Positions 19,234 to 29,279 of a stretch of 64,000 nt of DNA are shown in pieces (the first letter of the stretch is position 1; every line of letters begins with the position of its first letter). The stretch covers positions 184,294 through 248,293 of the forward strand of contig JBAYVA010000002.1 in the NCBI GenBank assembly GCA_041674805.1. Reading direction: 5' to 3'. A program made the translations under genes and the position numbers. Source of the DNA: Candidatus Magasanikiibacteriota bacterium (GTDB lineage Bacteria; Patescibacteriota; Patescibacteriia; Magasanikbacterales; UBA922). Below the pieces are notes generated by a model. It did not search any database, had not been told where the DNA came from, and saw only the letters and a program-made list of their open reading frames with translations.

Positions 19234-19259
19234 GACGTAATGTCGTTTTTTTGTTTGTA

Positions 19260-19601
19260 TTATTTTCTATTATAATCGTCTTCCAACCTCACAATATCAT
19301 TTTCATCAAATTCTCCAAAAGATATTTCCATGATTTCTAGTGTATCATTAGTTGTCATCATGCGATGTTTTGTTTCTTTTGGTATAGAATGTTCATCACC
19401 TTTTTTCACATCAATAGTCTCTTCACCAATAATGATTTGCCCATTTCCACTGACTACTCGCCAGAACTCATCACGCTTGTGATGATATTGTAGACTAAGT
19501 CGGGAGTTTGGTTTGACTGTAATTATTTTCACAGTCACTTGTTCATTGTGACAGAATTGTTCAAATTTGCCCCAAGGTCTTTCTTCGGAGTATTTGTCCA
19601 T
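19260..19601 (-). CDS. Mannose-6-phosphate isomerase type II C-terminal cupin protein
   Basis: ERPWG, RLSLQYHHKRDEFW, EISFGEFDENDIVRLEDDYNR; start at 19601. Confidence 0.9.
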   Translation of the reverse strand: MDKYSEERPWGKFEQFCHNEQVTVKIITVKPNSRLSLQYHHKRDEFWRVVSGNGQIIIGEETIDVKKGDEHSIPKETKHRMMTTNDTLEIMEISFGEFDENDIVRLEDDYNRK

Positions 19602-19602
19602 A

Positions 19603-20214
19603 TTATCTATTTTTATTCGTATAAATATTCTCCCACCACTCAGATATTTTACCACTCATTATTTCTTCAGCTAATTTTTTGGCAGATGCCGTTTTGAGAC
19701 TTTTGTATTGGATGTTTTCAGTCTGACCTTCACCTTTACCATGAAGCCAGATTGGTGCTTCTTGGTTGCCTTGATGAGTATATTCTTTGAGTAGAAGTAT
19801 TTGATCTATCATGTCAGCATCTTTGGCGACTATGGCTTCTTTGCTTTCACGTTTTTCGAATTCTGTACTCATCTCAAATAAGTCTATGAAAGGTAATTCT
19901 CCAAGTTGATCTTTCATTATTTCTTCTTCAAAAATTTTGACATATTTTTTGTGAATATAGTTGTGGTCGCCACTTCTGATTTCACCCAAATCGTGAGTGA
20001 GTGCCATCATAGTTGTTTTATATGGGTCGACGTTTTCTAATTTGGCCAAGAACCAAGCGATCAGACCGACGCGGTAAGAGTGAGTAGTAATATTATCTGA
20101 CAAATCTTGAGTAAGCAATACTTGCTGATGCATGCGAGGAAGTTTGCGCATGGTGCCGACTTCGAATAAGAAGTTGGCGATTTTTTTGTAGGAGTTTGGG
20201 GAAGTGTTTTTCAT
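19603..20214 (-). CDS. HD-domain phosphohydrolase (YfbR/HDDC2-like)
   Basis: HSYRV, LTHDLGE.RSGD, KDADMID. Confidence 0.85.
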   Translation of the reverse strand: MKNTSPNSYKKIANFLFEVGTMRKLPRMHQQVLLTQDLSDNITTHSYRVGLIAWFLAKLENVDPYKTTMMALTHDLGEIRSGDHNYIHKKYVKIFEEEIMKDQLGELPFIDLFEMSTEFEKRESKEAIVAKDADMIDQILLLKEYTHQGNQEAPIWLHGKGEGQTENIQYKSLKTASAKKLAEEIMSGKISEWWENIYTNKNR

Positions 20215-20234
20215 ATTATATTTTATAAAATTTA

Positions 20235-21338
20235 TTATTTCATTTTGTCAGTGTACCAAACTATAACTGAGTGTTGTGTGTTTTGTTCATCGTCACAATC
20301 TTCTATAAGTAAGTCATATTTGTCTAGTGACGTTGTACTAATATGGAACATGTCATCTGAAGCAGGTATTATTTTCATTTTAAATGAAGTTAAATAATCA
20401 TAATTTATTTGTCCTGGTTCTTTGTATGTTATTTCTAAGTTAATTTTTTTCAATATATAGCATAGATTTGTTGGTGGTGGTAATTCACAATCTAATAAAA
20501 GATTATAACCTATTTCTATTCCTTGATTGGGACTTATGTAGTCTTCGTTTGAAAGTCTAGGCTTGATACTGCAAGGCCATCCATTTAATTTTGAAATAAA
20601 GTTAGCTGGTGTTTTGCCAGTATTTTTTATAGAAGCTTTTATAATTAGATAATCATTACCATTATTCATCATCACAACTCCGTTTCTTTCTTCAATATTT
20701 AAATATGGCCTGTCTAGTTTTTTTGCATTATAATATGTAAGTATAGAATAAAAACTAACTACCACTGTTAGTATACCTGTAATGGATATGCCAAAATTTT
20801 TTATTAATTTCCAATTAATAAAATGTTTTTTATTTTGCAATTTTTGTTGCATAATATTTTTATATTCAAAAGAAATTTTATTATATTCTTCCGTATCGTA
20901 AATACAAATACCTTCTTCGTGCCACAAAACAAATTCACTAATTCCAACATCCAACGCCATTTTACTACAGATTGTGCAATATGGTTGACCAGCAAAAGTT
21001 GGTTTTTCTTCTTTATCTAATCTAATAAAATATAGTCGTGAACCTAGAATCTTATTTGGATTATTTTTTAATGCATCTATTATAGCTCTTTGTTCAGCAT
21101 GTATACAACAAGTTTTGTCAGTAACTTTTTTATCATAACTTTCTTTGTCACAGTTACATCTTCTTTGATTTTCTAAATTTTTTGGAGGACTGTTAAAACC
21201 TGTAGCAATTATTTCATTATCTTTTACAATTATAGAACCACATTTGGATTTTTTGCAGGTTGAATTGAAGGCAATTTTAATTGCTTGATTCATGTAATCT
21301 TGTTCGTATTTTTCTTCAGTGTATTTTAGATGTTTCAT
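20235..21338 (-). CDS. dCMP/cytidine deaminase domain fused to a TM helix and unknown C-terminal domain
   Basis: STC..SKCGSIIV, GFNSPP, HAEQRA, PYCTIC zinc motif; hydrophobic GISITGILTVVVSFYSIL after residue ~180. Confidence 0.75.
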   Translation of the reverse strand: MKHLKYTEEKYEQDYMNQAIKIAFNSTCKKSKCGSIIVKDNEIIATGFNSPPKNLENQRRCNCDKESYDKKVTDKTCCIHAEQRAIIDALKNNPNKILGSRLYFIRLDKEEKPTFAGQPYCTICSKMALDVGISEFVLWHEEGICIYDTEEYNKISFEYKNIMQQKLQNKKHFINWKLIKNFGISITGILTVVVSFYSILTYYNAKKLDRPYLNIEERNGVVMMNNGNDYLIIKASIKNTGKTPANFISKLNGWPCSIKPRLSNEDYISPNQGIEIGYNLLLDCELPPPTNLCYILKKINLEITYKEPGQINYDYLTSFKMKIIPASDDMFHISTTSLDKYDLLIEDCDDEQNTQHSVIVWYTDKMK

Positions 21339-21385
21339 ATTTTTATAGTTATTTTAGTATATCATTTTACTCACAAAAAACAAGT

Positions 21386-21414
21386 TTGACACTGAATCTA
21401 ATAAAGTGTAAAAT
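21386..21414 (+). promoter_or_regulatory. sigma70-type promoter of recA
   Basis: TTGACA-17-TAAAAT with extended TG. Confidence 0.65.
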
Positions 21415-21498
21415 TAAGCACGGAGGAGAGGATTTTACCTCTTTTTTATTCTCAAATACAAGCCTGTCTTTTTTAAATTAAGTAATTTAAGTACTATT

Positions 21499-22554
21499 AT
21501 GGCTATCAAGAAAGAAAATCCAAAAATGGAAGCTGCTAATACAGCTATAGAACAAATTAGACAAAAATATGGTGACAACTCAATCATGCGTTTTGGGGAA
21601 GCTAAGACAATGGAAGTAGATGCTGTTTCAACTGGCTCTGTCTCTTTGGATATTGCTTTGGGAGTAGGTGGTGTACCACGTGGACGTATTATTGAAATCT
21701 TTGGACCGGAAGCTTCTGGTAAAACTACTTTAGCTCAACACATTATCGCAGAAGTTCAAAAACTTGGTGGTATTGCTGCTTTCATTGATGCTGAACATGC
21801 TCTTGATCCAGAATATGCCAAAAAAATTGGTGTTGATGTCAATGCTCTATATATCTCTCAACCAGACACAGGTGAACAAGCTTTAGAAATCTTAGAAACT
21901 CTTGTTCGTTCCAACGCTGTCGATGTTGTCGTTGTCGACTCTGTGGCAGCTCTTGTTCCTAAGGCTGAAATTGAAGGTGAAATGGGGGATAGCCATATGG
22001 GTCTTCAAGCTAGACTGATGTCTCAAGCTTTACGTAAATTGACAGGTATTGTGAGTAAGACTAGAACTGTAGTTGTTTTCATTAACCAAACAAGACAAAA
22101 GATTGGAGTATTTTTTGGCAATCCAGAAACTACTACTGGTGGAAACGCTTTAAAATTTTATTCTTCAATTCGTGTAGAAGTTCGTCGTAGTGCTCAAATC
22201 AAACAAGGTGATAAAATCATCGGCAACAGAGTGAAAGCTAAAATTGTGAAGAACAAAGTAGCTGCACCTTTTCGTACAACTGAATTCGATATCATGTACA
22301 ACGAAGGTATTTCAGTTTCTGGTGATATGTTGGATACGGGTGTAATTTACAAAGTTTTACATAAATCTGGTAATAGTTATAGTTTTGGTGAAGAAAAATT
22401 GGGTGTAGGTAGAGAAAAGGCTAAACAATTTTTACGTGAAAATCCAAAGATGATGGCTGAAATAAAAGCCAAAGTTTGGGAAGCGGTAAAATTGGGAGAA
22501 TCTCCAGAAGAAGTAAAAGCTGAAGCTGGTGAAAAAGAGAGTGTAGAAGAATAA
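21499..22554 (+). CDS. recA: Recombinase RecA
   Basis: [39 protein letters not shown]. Confidence 0.99.
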   Translation: MAIKKENPKMEAANTAIEQIRQKYGDNSIMRFGEAKTMEVDAVSTGSVSLDIALGVGGVPRGRIIEIFGPEASGKTTLAQHIIAEVQKLGGIAAFIDAEHALDPEYAKKIGVDVNALYISQPDTGEQALEILETLVRSNAVDVVVVDSVAALVPKAEIEGEMGDSHMGLQARLMSQALRKLTGIVSKTRTVVVFINQTRQKIGVFFGNPETTTGGNALKFYSSIRVEVRRSAQIKQGDKIIGNRVKAKIVKNKVAAPFRTTEFDIMYNEGISVSGDMLDTGVIYKVLHKSGNSYSFGEEKLGVGREKAKQFLRENPKMMAEIKAKVWEAVKLGESPEEVKAEAGEKESVEE

Positions 22555-22589
22555 ATTTTTTCATTAAAACATGAAAACATAAAAACATT

Positions 22590-22624
22590 AAAACAATCCC
22601 GATAAAATTGGGATTGTTTTTTGT
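22590..22624 (+). terminator. Intrinsic terminator after recA
   Basis: AAAACAATCCCGA-TAAAA-TTGGGATTGTTTTTT. Confidence 0.7.
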
Positions 22625-22717
22625 TTGATAATTTTTTAACCACATAGACTTTTGACTTTATAAACTTGTAGACTTTATGAACTTCTAAAAACGTGATATA
22701 ATATATTCACAAATATT

Positions 22718-25210
22718 ATGTCACAAAATAAAAAGAAAAAACATTCACGTCTTGACCCTACATTATCTCGCGGCATTATTGCCGTGCTTTTGACTGTGTT
22801 TGCTATTATTATCTCTCTAAGTTTTTTTGAAAAAGCCGGATTTGTAGGTGTGATGCTCAATGATTATCTTTTGAGCTTTCTTTTTGGTTCTATTAGGTAT
22901 TTTACACCTTTAGTTATTATTATTTTGTCATGGTTTTTGGTACGTGATTCCAAATATAACTATCGTCCAACACATCTAATAGGTTCTTTGATTTTCTTTT
23001 TGTCATTGTCTAGTATCATGCATCTTAGTTTCGCTACGACAGATATGTGGCATGAAGCTTTGCGTGGCAATGGTGGTGGTGTGTTTGGTATGTTGGCTTG
23101 GCCAATGAAACAATATTTAGGAAATATTGCTAGTTATGTTATTTTGGCTGGTGTAGTTCTTATTTCCGTTTTTCTTCTTTTCAATACTGCAATTACTTCT
23201 TTTATTTTGATTCATAAGAAAATTTTTGAAGGTTTGGGTTGGATAGGTAAGGGGATTATTTTCCTTATCAAAAAATTGTTTGTGTCCACGCCTCGCAATT
23301 CTAGTAATGTCAAGATAAAAGGTGATTATGATGAAGATTTTGATGATGAAGAAGTGGAAATAGAAGATGAAAAACATAGTCGCAGATTTTTGAGTAAACG
23401 TATCCAAAAACAAGAAGAATCTGATGACGAAGATGTTCAAACAGTTGAAAAAGAAGTACCAAAATTCAAAGAAAAAGTAGAAGAAAAGCCAAACGATGTT
23501 TGGTCAAAAAGAGTTATTATCAAAAATTTGCCTCCGTTGGATTTGCTTACTACCAAAAAAGGTAAACCAACTAGTGGTGATATCAAATCAAATGCGGAAA
23601 TAATCCGTAGTACTCTTAGTGAGTTTCATGTAGGTGTGACTATGGGAGAAGTACGTGTTGGTCCTACTGTGACTCAGTATTCTCTGAAACCTGAAAAAGG
23701 TGTCAAACTAACTAGAATTACTACGTTGTCCAATGATTTGTCACTTGCTTTGTCTGCTCATCCAATACGTATTGAGGCACCTATTCCTGGTCAATCTTTG
23801 GTGGGTATTGAGGTACCAAATCAAAAATCAGCAATAGTATCTTTTCGTGAACTTTTGGAATCAAAAGAATTTGAAACACGCAAACACAATATGATGATTG
23901 CTCTTGGCAAAGATGTCGGTGGTAAAACTTGGTTTGCTGATTTACCAAAAATGCCACACATGCTTATTGCCGGTGCCACAGGTAGTGGTAAGACTGTTTG
24001 TATGAATACTATTATCATGAGTTTGCTGTACCAAAATACAGCAGAGACTTTGCGTATGATTATGGTCGATCCAAAAAGAGTAGAGCTCACTCTTTACAAT
24101 GGTATTCCTCATTTGCTCACACCTGTTATTACTAATACTCAACAAACAGTCAATGCTTTGAAATGGTGTATTGGTGAGATGGATAGACGTTTTGAAACTT
24201 TGGCTAAAGCTGGCAACAGAGATATTAGTTCTTACAACGAAACATTTCAAGCCAACAAAATGCCACATATTATTTTTATTATAGATGAATTGGCTGACTT
24301 GATGGCGACAGCTGCGGGTGAAGTGGAAGCTGGTATTATTCGTCTCGCACAAATGGCTCGTGCGGTAGGTATTCATCTTATCGTCGCTACCCAAAGACCA
24401 AGTGTCGATGTCATTACTGGTCTTATGAAAGCCAATATTCCAGCTCGTGTGGCCTTTTCAGTAGCTTCTTTGGTAGATTCTCGTACTATCTTGGATTCAT
24501 CTGGCGCAGAAAAACTTATCGGTCGTGGTGACATGTTGTTTCAAACAGCTGAATTGGGTAAACCAGTACGTATTCAAGGTGCTTATATTTCAGAAAATGA
24601 ATTGAAAAATGTTGTAAAATACTTGAAAGGTGATGAAGAACCAGAATATGATACTTCTATTGTGGAAATACGAAAAAATGGTGGTAATGGTACTATGAAT
24701 ATGTTTGGTGGTACTGCTGACGATCAGGATCCTTTGTTTGAAGAGTGTAAAGAACTTATTATTAAATATGAAAAAGCCAGTGCTTCATTTCTTCAACGTC
24801 GTCTCAAAATTGGTTATGCTCGTGCAGCTAGAATTCTTGATGAATTGGAAGAAGCGGGTATTGTAGGTCCTTCTCAAGGTGCTAAGCCTCGTGAGATTTT
24901 GGCAACCTCTGCTAGTATTGGTCGTACGATGAACTCAGGTGCTGAACATAATGTATTTACTTCTCCTCAAAAAGCAGAAAATCTTGATGAAGATTTGGCT
25001 CTAGATGATAATGAGGATTCTTTACTTGATGAAACACAGGATATGCTAGAAGAAGACATCCCAGAAGTAAAAGATCATTATGAGAATATTGATATAGATG
25101 CCGAGGCTGAAGATGAAAATTCTGAAGAGGAAGAATATGACGCAGATAGTGTGGAAGAAGAGATAGACGATGATCATACTCATAATTCAAGATCTAAGTT
25201 TGAGTATTAA
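22718..25210 (+). CDS. ftsK: DNA translocase FtsK/SpoIIIE
   Basis: N-terminal TMs, AGATGSGKT, IIDELADLM, ATQRPSVDV, gamma domain LQRRLKIGYARAAR; acidic tail. Confidence 0.97.
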   Translation: MSQNKKKKHSRLDPTLSRGIIAVLLTVFAIIISLSFFEKAGFVGVMLNDYLLSFLFGSIRYFTPLVIIILSWFLVRDSKYNYRPTHLIGSLIFFLSLSSIMHLSFATTDMWHEALRGNGGGVFGMLAWPMKQYLGNIASYVILAGVVLISVFLLFNTAITSFILIHKKIFEGLGWIGKGIIFLIKKLFVSTPRNSSNVKIKGDYDEDFDDEEVEIEDEKHSRRFLSKRIQKQEESDDEDVQTVEKEVPKFKEKVEEKPNDVWSKRVIIKNLPPLDLLTTKKGKPTSGDIKSNAEIIRSTLSEFHVGVTMGEVRVGPTVTQYSLKPEKGVKLTRITTLSNDLSLALSAHPIRIEAPIPGQSLVGIEVPNQKSAIVSFRELLESKEFETRKHNMMIALGKDVGGKTWFADLPKMPHMLIAGATGSGKTVCMNTIIMSLLYQNTAETLRMIMVDPKRVELTLYNGIPHLLTPVITNTQQTVNALKWCIGEMDRRFETLAKAGNRDISSYNETFQANKMPHIIFIIDELADLMATAAGEVEAGIIRLAQMARAVGIHLIVATQRPSVDVITGLMKANIPARVAFSVASLVDSRTILDSSGAEKLIGRGDMLFQTAELGKPVRIQGAYISENELKNVVKYLKGDEEPEYDTSIVEIRKNGGNGTMNMFGGTADDQDPLFEECKELIIKYEKASASFLQRRLKIGYARAARILDELEEAGIVGPSQGAKPREILATSASIGRTMNSGAEHNVFTSPQKAENLDEDLALDDNEDSLLDETQDMLEEDIPEVKDHYENIDIDAEAEDENSEEEEYDADSVEEEIDDDHTHNSRSKFEY

Positions 25211-25253
25211 GATTGTTAAGATAGCTTTAATCTAGTTTTGATTTATTAGCTTT

Positions 25254-25356
25254 TGTGGATAAACCTGTGGCTAAAAATTATACTAGCTTAGTATACAATT
25301 TACTAATTGGCTTATTTAAGCCAATTTTGTGTTTATTTGACAAAAAGTTATCCACG
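25254..25356. promoter_or_regulatory. Cluster of DnaA-box-like sites
   Basis: TGTGGATAA 25254-25262 (perfect), TGTGGCTAA 25266-25274, TTATCCACG 25348-25356. Confidence 0.55.
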
Positions 25357-25366
25357 TGTTCTCAAT

Positions 25367-25395
25367 TTGACAAAAAGCATTTTTAAGTGTATTCT
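25367..25395 (+). promoter_or_regulatory. sigma70-type promoter upstream of rpoB
   Basis: TTGACA-17-TATTCT. Confidence 0.6.
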
Positions 25396-25780
25396 ATAGA
25401 AGCTATCAGAAACTTCTTGAATTTGCGCAAAATTCGCTAGATTTAGCCCAAATTCTGGTATTATCGCCCCTATATTAGCGTCCAAGCAGGGGACGGACTA
25501 TCCGGATCAACATGGCTCAAGCATTCTGTCACAAATAATTGAACAGAGAATCCTTTTTTAAAAGAGGAGTTTTTTTGTTGTCGGAAATAGGATAAAAATA
25601 ACTTTTGTTAGCTGATAAATATAATCAAAATTTGATTGTAAAAATTAGTTAATAAACAAGTTATTTATTACATAAACAGGTTTAAAATTTCTGACAGAAT
25701 CAGAAATAAGTTTCTTTCTTTAATCGCGCAAATTAAAGTAAAAAACGCCTCTTTTTGTAGTTTTCATAAATAAAATATTT

Positions 25781-28700
25781 ATGGCTCCATTGTACAAACG
25801 TCAAGCATTAAAGACTAAAGAACGTCAGTTCTTTACTCCAATTCGCGATGCTATTTCAGCACCGGATTTGATAGAGATTCAAAAATCTTCATATCACTGG
25901 TTTTTTGAAGAAGGTTTACGTGAACTTTTTGATGAATTATCTCCTATCACTGATTTTACAGGTCGTGATTTAGAAATTTATTTTGAAGATTATTATATTG
26001 ATGAACCAAAATTTGACCAAGTAACTTGTGTTAAGAAAAATATTACTTTTGAATCACCTTTGCGTGTAAATGTTCGTCTTGTCAACAAACGTGCTAACAA
26101 AACAGAAAAACAAGAAATATATTTAGGTGATATACCTCTTATGACTGACAGGGGTACTTTTATTGTCAACGGTATTGAGAGAGTTGTAGTCAATCAGCTT
26201 ATTCGTAGTGCTGGTGCTTTCTTTACTGCTGAATCAGTAAGAGGTCGTCGTTTTTATGGTGCTAAAATCATTCCAAATCGTGGAGCTTGGATTGAAATCG
26301 AAACAGACCAAAACAATGTCCTTTGGATTAAAGTAGATAGAAAACGTAAAGTCGCAGCTACTTCACTTTTGCGCGCTTTTGGTTTTTCAACTGATGAACA
26401 AATAAAAGAATTGTTTAAAGATGTAAACAATCATCCAAATATTGATTATATTGAAAATACTTTGAAAAAAGATGCTGCTTCAAATGAAGATGAAGGTTTA
26501 ATCGAAGTTTACAAACGTATTCGTCCAGGTGATTTGGCAACATCTGAAAATGCCAAAAGTTTGATTCATGCCATGTTCTTCAATTTTGATCGTTATGATT
26601 TGGGCAAAGTTGGTGTCTATAAATTTGGTATCAAATTTAATTTAGGCTTACAAAAAGAAGATTACGATAATAAAGATGAACGCGTGCTTTCTCCAGAAAA
26701 ACTTTTATTAGTATTAAAAGAAATTATTCGTTTGAATGTTACTCAAGAAGAAGCTGATGATATCGATCATTTGGGAAATCGTCGTGTGCGTGGTGTTGGT
26801 GAACTTGTACAAAATCGTTTTAGAATCGGTCTTGCTCGTATGGAACGTATTATTCGTGATCGTATGAGTACTATGGACATTGATACTTTGGTACCAAACA
26901 AACTTATCAATGCTCGTCCAGTAATTTCTGTGATTCGTGAATTTTTTATGAGTTCACAGTTGTCACAGTTCATGGATCAAATCAATCCATTGGCTGAACT
27001 TGAACACAAACGTCGTATTTCTGCTCTTGGACCTGGTGGTTTGTCTCGTGATAGAGCTGGCTTTGAAGTTCGTGATGTACATAGAACTCATTATGGACGT
27101 ATTTGTCCAATTGCTACTCCAGAAGGACCAAACATTGGTTTAGTTGGTCACTTATCAACTTTTGCTAAAATAAATAAATTTGGTTTCTTGGAAACTCCTT
27201 ATAGAAAAGTAATTAATCTTGTCAAAAATGAAGCTGCTTTGACTACTGGTGAAATTTCTGGAATTGATGTAAAAGGTATTGTCAAAGTTGGTGAGAAAAT
27301 TACTGCTGAAATTGCTAAAAAATTAGAAAAAGAAAAAACTATTTCAGAAATACAAGTAAAACCTCATGTGTCTAGTGAAGTAGTTTATTTGAATTCTTTT
27401 CAAGAAGAAAGAACTATCACAGCTAGTGCAACAACACCAGTAGATAAAGATGATTATTTTATTGAAGAAAGAATTTCTGCTCGTGTAAATGGTGAACCTC
27501 AAGTTATTGAAGCTGAAAAAGTTTCATATATTGATGTTGCTTCAAATCAAATTTTGTCAGTAGCAACTAGTCTTATTCCATTTTTGGAACATGATGATGC
27601 GACTCGTGCTTTGATGGGTACAAACATGCAACGTCAAGCTGTACCTTGTATCAAACCAGAACCTCCTTTGGTAGGAACAGGTGTTGAAAGAATTGCTGCT
27701 CTAAATAGTGGTTATGTGATGACAGCTCCTGCAAATGGTGAAGTTACTTTTGTCGATGGTGGTAAAATTGAATTTACTGATGCTAAAGGTAAAGTAACTA
27801 CTTACAATTTGTCAAAATATATTAGATCAAATGCTTCAAGTAGTATCAACCAACGTCCTATTGTTACTCTTGGTCAAAAATTGAAAAAAGGTGATCCAAT
27901 GACAGATGGTCCTTCTATCAAAGATGCTGAATTATCTTTGGGACAAAATGTTTTGGTAGCTTATATGGTTTGGGAAGGTTTCAACTATGAAGATGCTATT
28001 ATCGTTTCTGAAAGATTGGTCAAAGATGATAGATATACTTCTATTCATATTGAAGATTATACAATTAGTGTTCGTGAAACAAAATTGGGTGATGAAGTTA
28101 TTACTTCTGATATCCCAAATGTTAGTGAAGAAAAACTTCGTCATCTTGATTCAGAAGGTATTGTCCGTATTGGTGCAGAAGTTCGTTCAGGTGATATTTT
28201 AGTAGGTAAAATTACTCCAAAAGGTGAAACAGAACTTACTCCAGAAGAAAGATTGCTTCGTGCAATTTTCGGTGAAAAAGCTCGTGATGTACGTGATTCT
28301 TCATTGTATCTAGAACATGGTGAACAAGGAAAAGTAATTGATGTCAAAGTATTTTCTACAGAAAATGGTGACAAGTTACAACCGGGTGTTATCAAAGAAG
28401 TACAAGTTACAGTAGCTGACATGAGAAAAATTCAAGTTGGTGACAAAATGGCTGGTCGTCATGGTAACAAAGGTGTTATTTCTCGTGTAGTTCCTGCTTC
28501 AGATATGCCATTCCTAGAAGATGGTACTCCGGTAGATATTATTTTATCTCCACTTGGTGTTGTTTCTCGTATGAACTTGGGACAACTTCTTGAAACTCAT
28601 CTTGGTTTGGCTGCTAATGCTCTTGGTTATAAAGCTGCTACTCCAGTATTAAATGGTATTACTGAAGAACAAATTGAAGAAGAACTTATCAAAGCAGGTT

Positions 28701-29239
28701 TTCCAACAGATGGTCAACTACAACTTTATGATGGACGTACTGGTGAACCTTATGATAATAAGACAACCGTTGGTTACAACTATATGTTGAAATTGAATCA
28801 TATGGTGGAAGATAAAATCCATCAACGTTCAATTGGTCCATACAGTCTTATCACTCAACAACCTTTGGGAGGTAAAGCACAATTCGGTGGTCAACGTTTC
28901 GGAGAAATGGAAGTTTGGGCATTGCAAGCTTATGGTGCTGCTTATAATTTACAAGAAATTTTGACTATCAAGTCTGATGATGTTCCTGGTAGATCAAAAG
29001 CTTATGAAGCTATTATCAAGGGTGAAGCTATTACCAAAGTAAATTTACCAGAATCTTTCAACGTTTTGATACGTGAAATGAAAGGTTTGTGTCTTGATGT
29101 AGAGCTACTTAAGAAAAATGAAAATGATGAATATATAGAAATTGAAGAAGATTCTAGAGTAGACAAAGATAGAAAATTTATAGATATAAATTCGGATATG
29201 ATTGGTAGATCTGTAGATAAAAATGATAGTAATGAATAA
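25781..29239 (+). CDS. rpoB: RNA polymerase subunit beta
   Basis: SQLSQFMDQ, GDKMAGRHGNKG, GGQRFGEME. Confidence 0.99.
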   Translation: MAPLYKRQALKTKERQFFTPIRDAISAPDLIEIQKSSYHWFFEEGLRELFDELSPITDFTGRDLEIYFEDYYIDEPKFDQVTCVKKNITFESPLRVNVRLVNKRANKTEKQEIYLGDIPLMTDRGTFIVNGIERVVVNQLIRSAGAFFTAESVRGRRFYGAKIIPNRGAWIEIETDQNNVLWIKVDRKRKVAATSLLRAFGFSTDEQIKELFKDVNNHPNIDYIENTLKKDAASNEDEGLIEVYKRIRPGDLATSENAKSLIHAMFFNFDRYDLGKVGVYKFGIKFNLGLQKEDYDNKDERVLSPEKLLLVLKEIIRLNVTQEEADDIDHLGNRRVRGVGELVQNRFRIGLARMERIIRDRMSTMDIDTLVPNKLINARPVISVIREFFMSSQLSQFMDQINPLAELEHKRRISALGPGGLSRDRAGFEVRDVHRTHYGRICPIATPEGPNIGLVGHLSTFAKINKFGFLETPYRKVINLVKNEAALTTGEISGIDVKGIVKVGEKITAEIAKKLEKEKTISEIQVKPHVSSEVVYLNSFQEERTITASATTPVDKDDYFIEERISARVNGEPQVIEAEKVSYIDVASNQILSVATSLIPFLEHDDATRALMGTNMQRQAVPCIKPEPPLVGTGVERIAALNSGYVMTAPANGEVTFVDGGKIEFTDAKGKVTTYNLSKYIRSNASSSINQRPIVTLGQKLKKGDPMTDGPSIKDAELSLGQNVLVAYMVWEGFNYEDAIIVSERLVKDDRYTSIHIEDYTISVRETKLGDEVITSDIPNVSEEKLRHLDSEGIVRIGAEVRSGDILVGKITPKGETELTPEERLLRAIFGEKARDVRDSSLYLEHGEQGKVIDVKVFSTENGDKLQPGVIKEVQVTVADMRKIQVGDKMAGRHGNKGVISRVVPASDMPFLEDGTPVDIILSPLGVVSRMNLGQLLETHLGLAANALGYKAATPVLNGITEEQIEEELIKAGFPTDGQLQLYDGRTGEPYDNKTTVGYNYMLKLNHMVEDKIHQRSIGPYSLITQQPLGGKAQFGGQRFGEMEVWALQAYGAAYNLQEILTIKSDDVPGRSKAYEAIIKGEAITKVNLPESFNVLIREMKGLCLDVELLKKNENDEYIEIEEDSRVDKDRKFIDINSDMIGRSVDKNDSNE

Positions 29240-29279
29240 AATAATCTAACTAAAATAATCTAACTTCTTAAAAAAAATT

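Noticed and set aside
25211-25780. Replication origin
   Set aside because: Only three boxes, no dnaA/dnaN nearby, and no switch in gene orientation.
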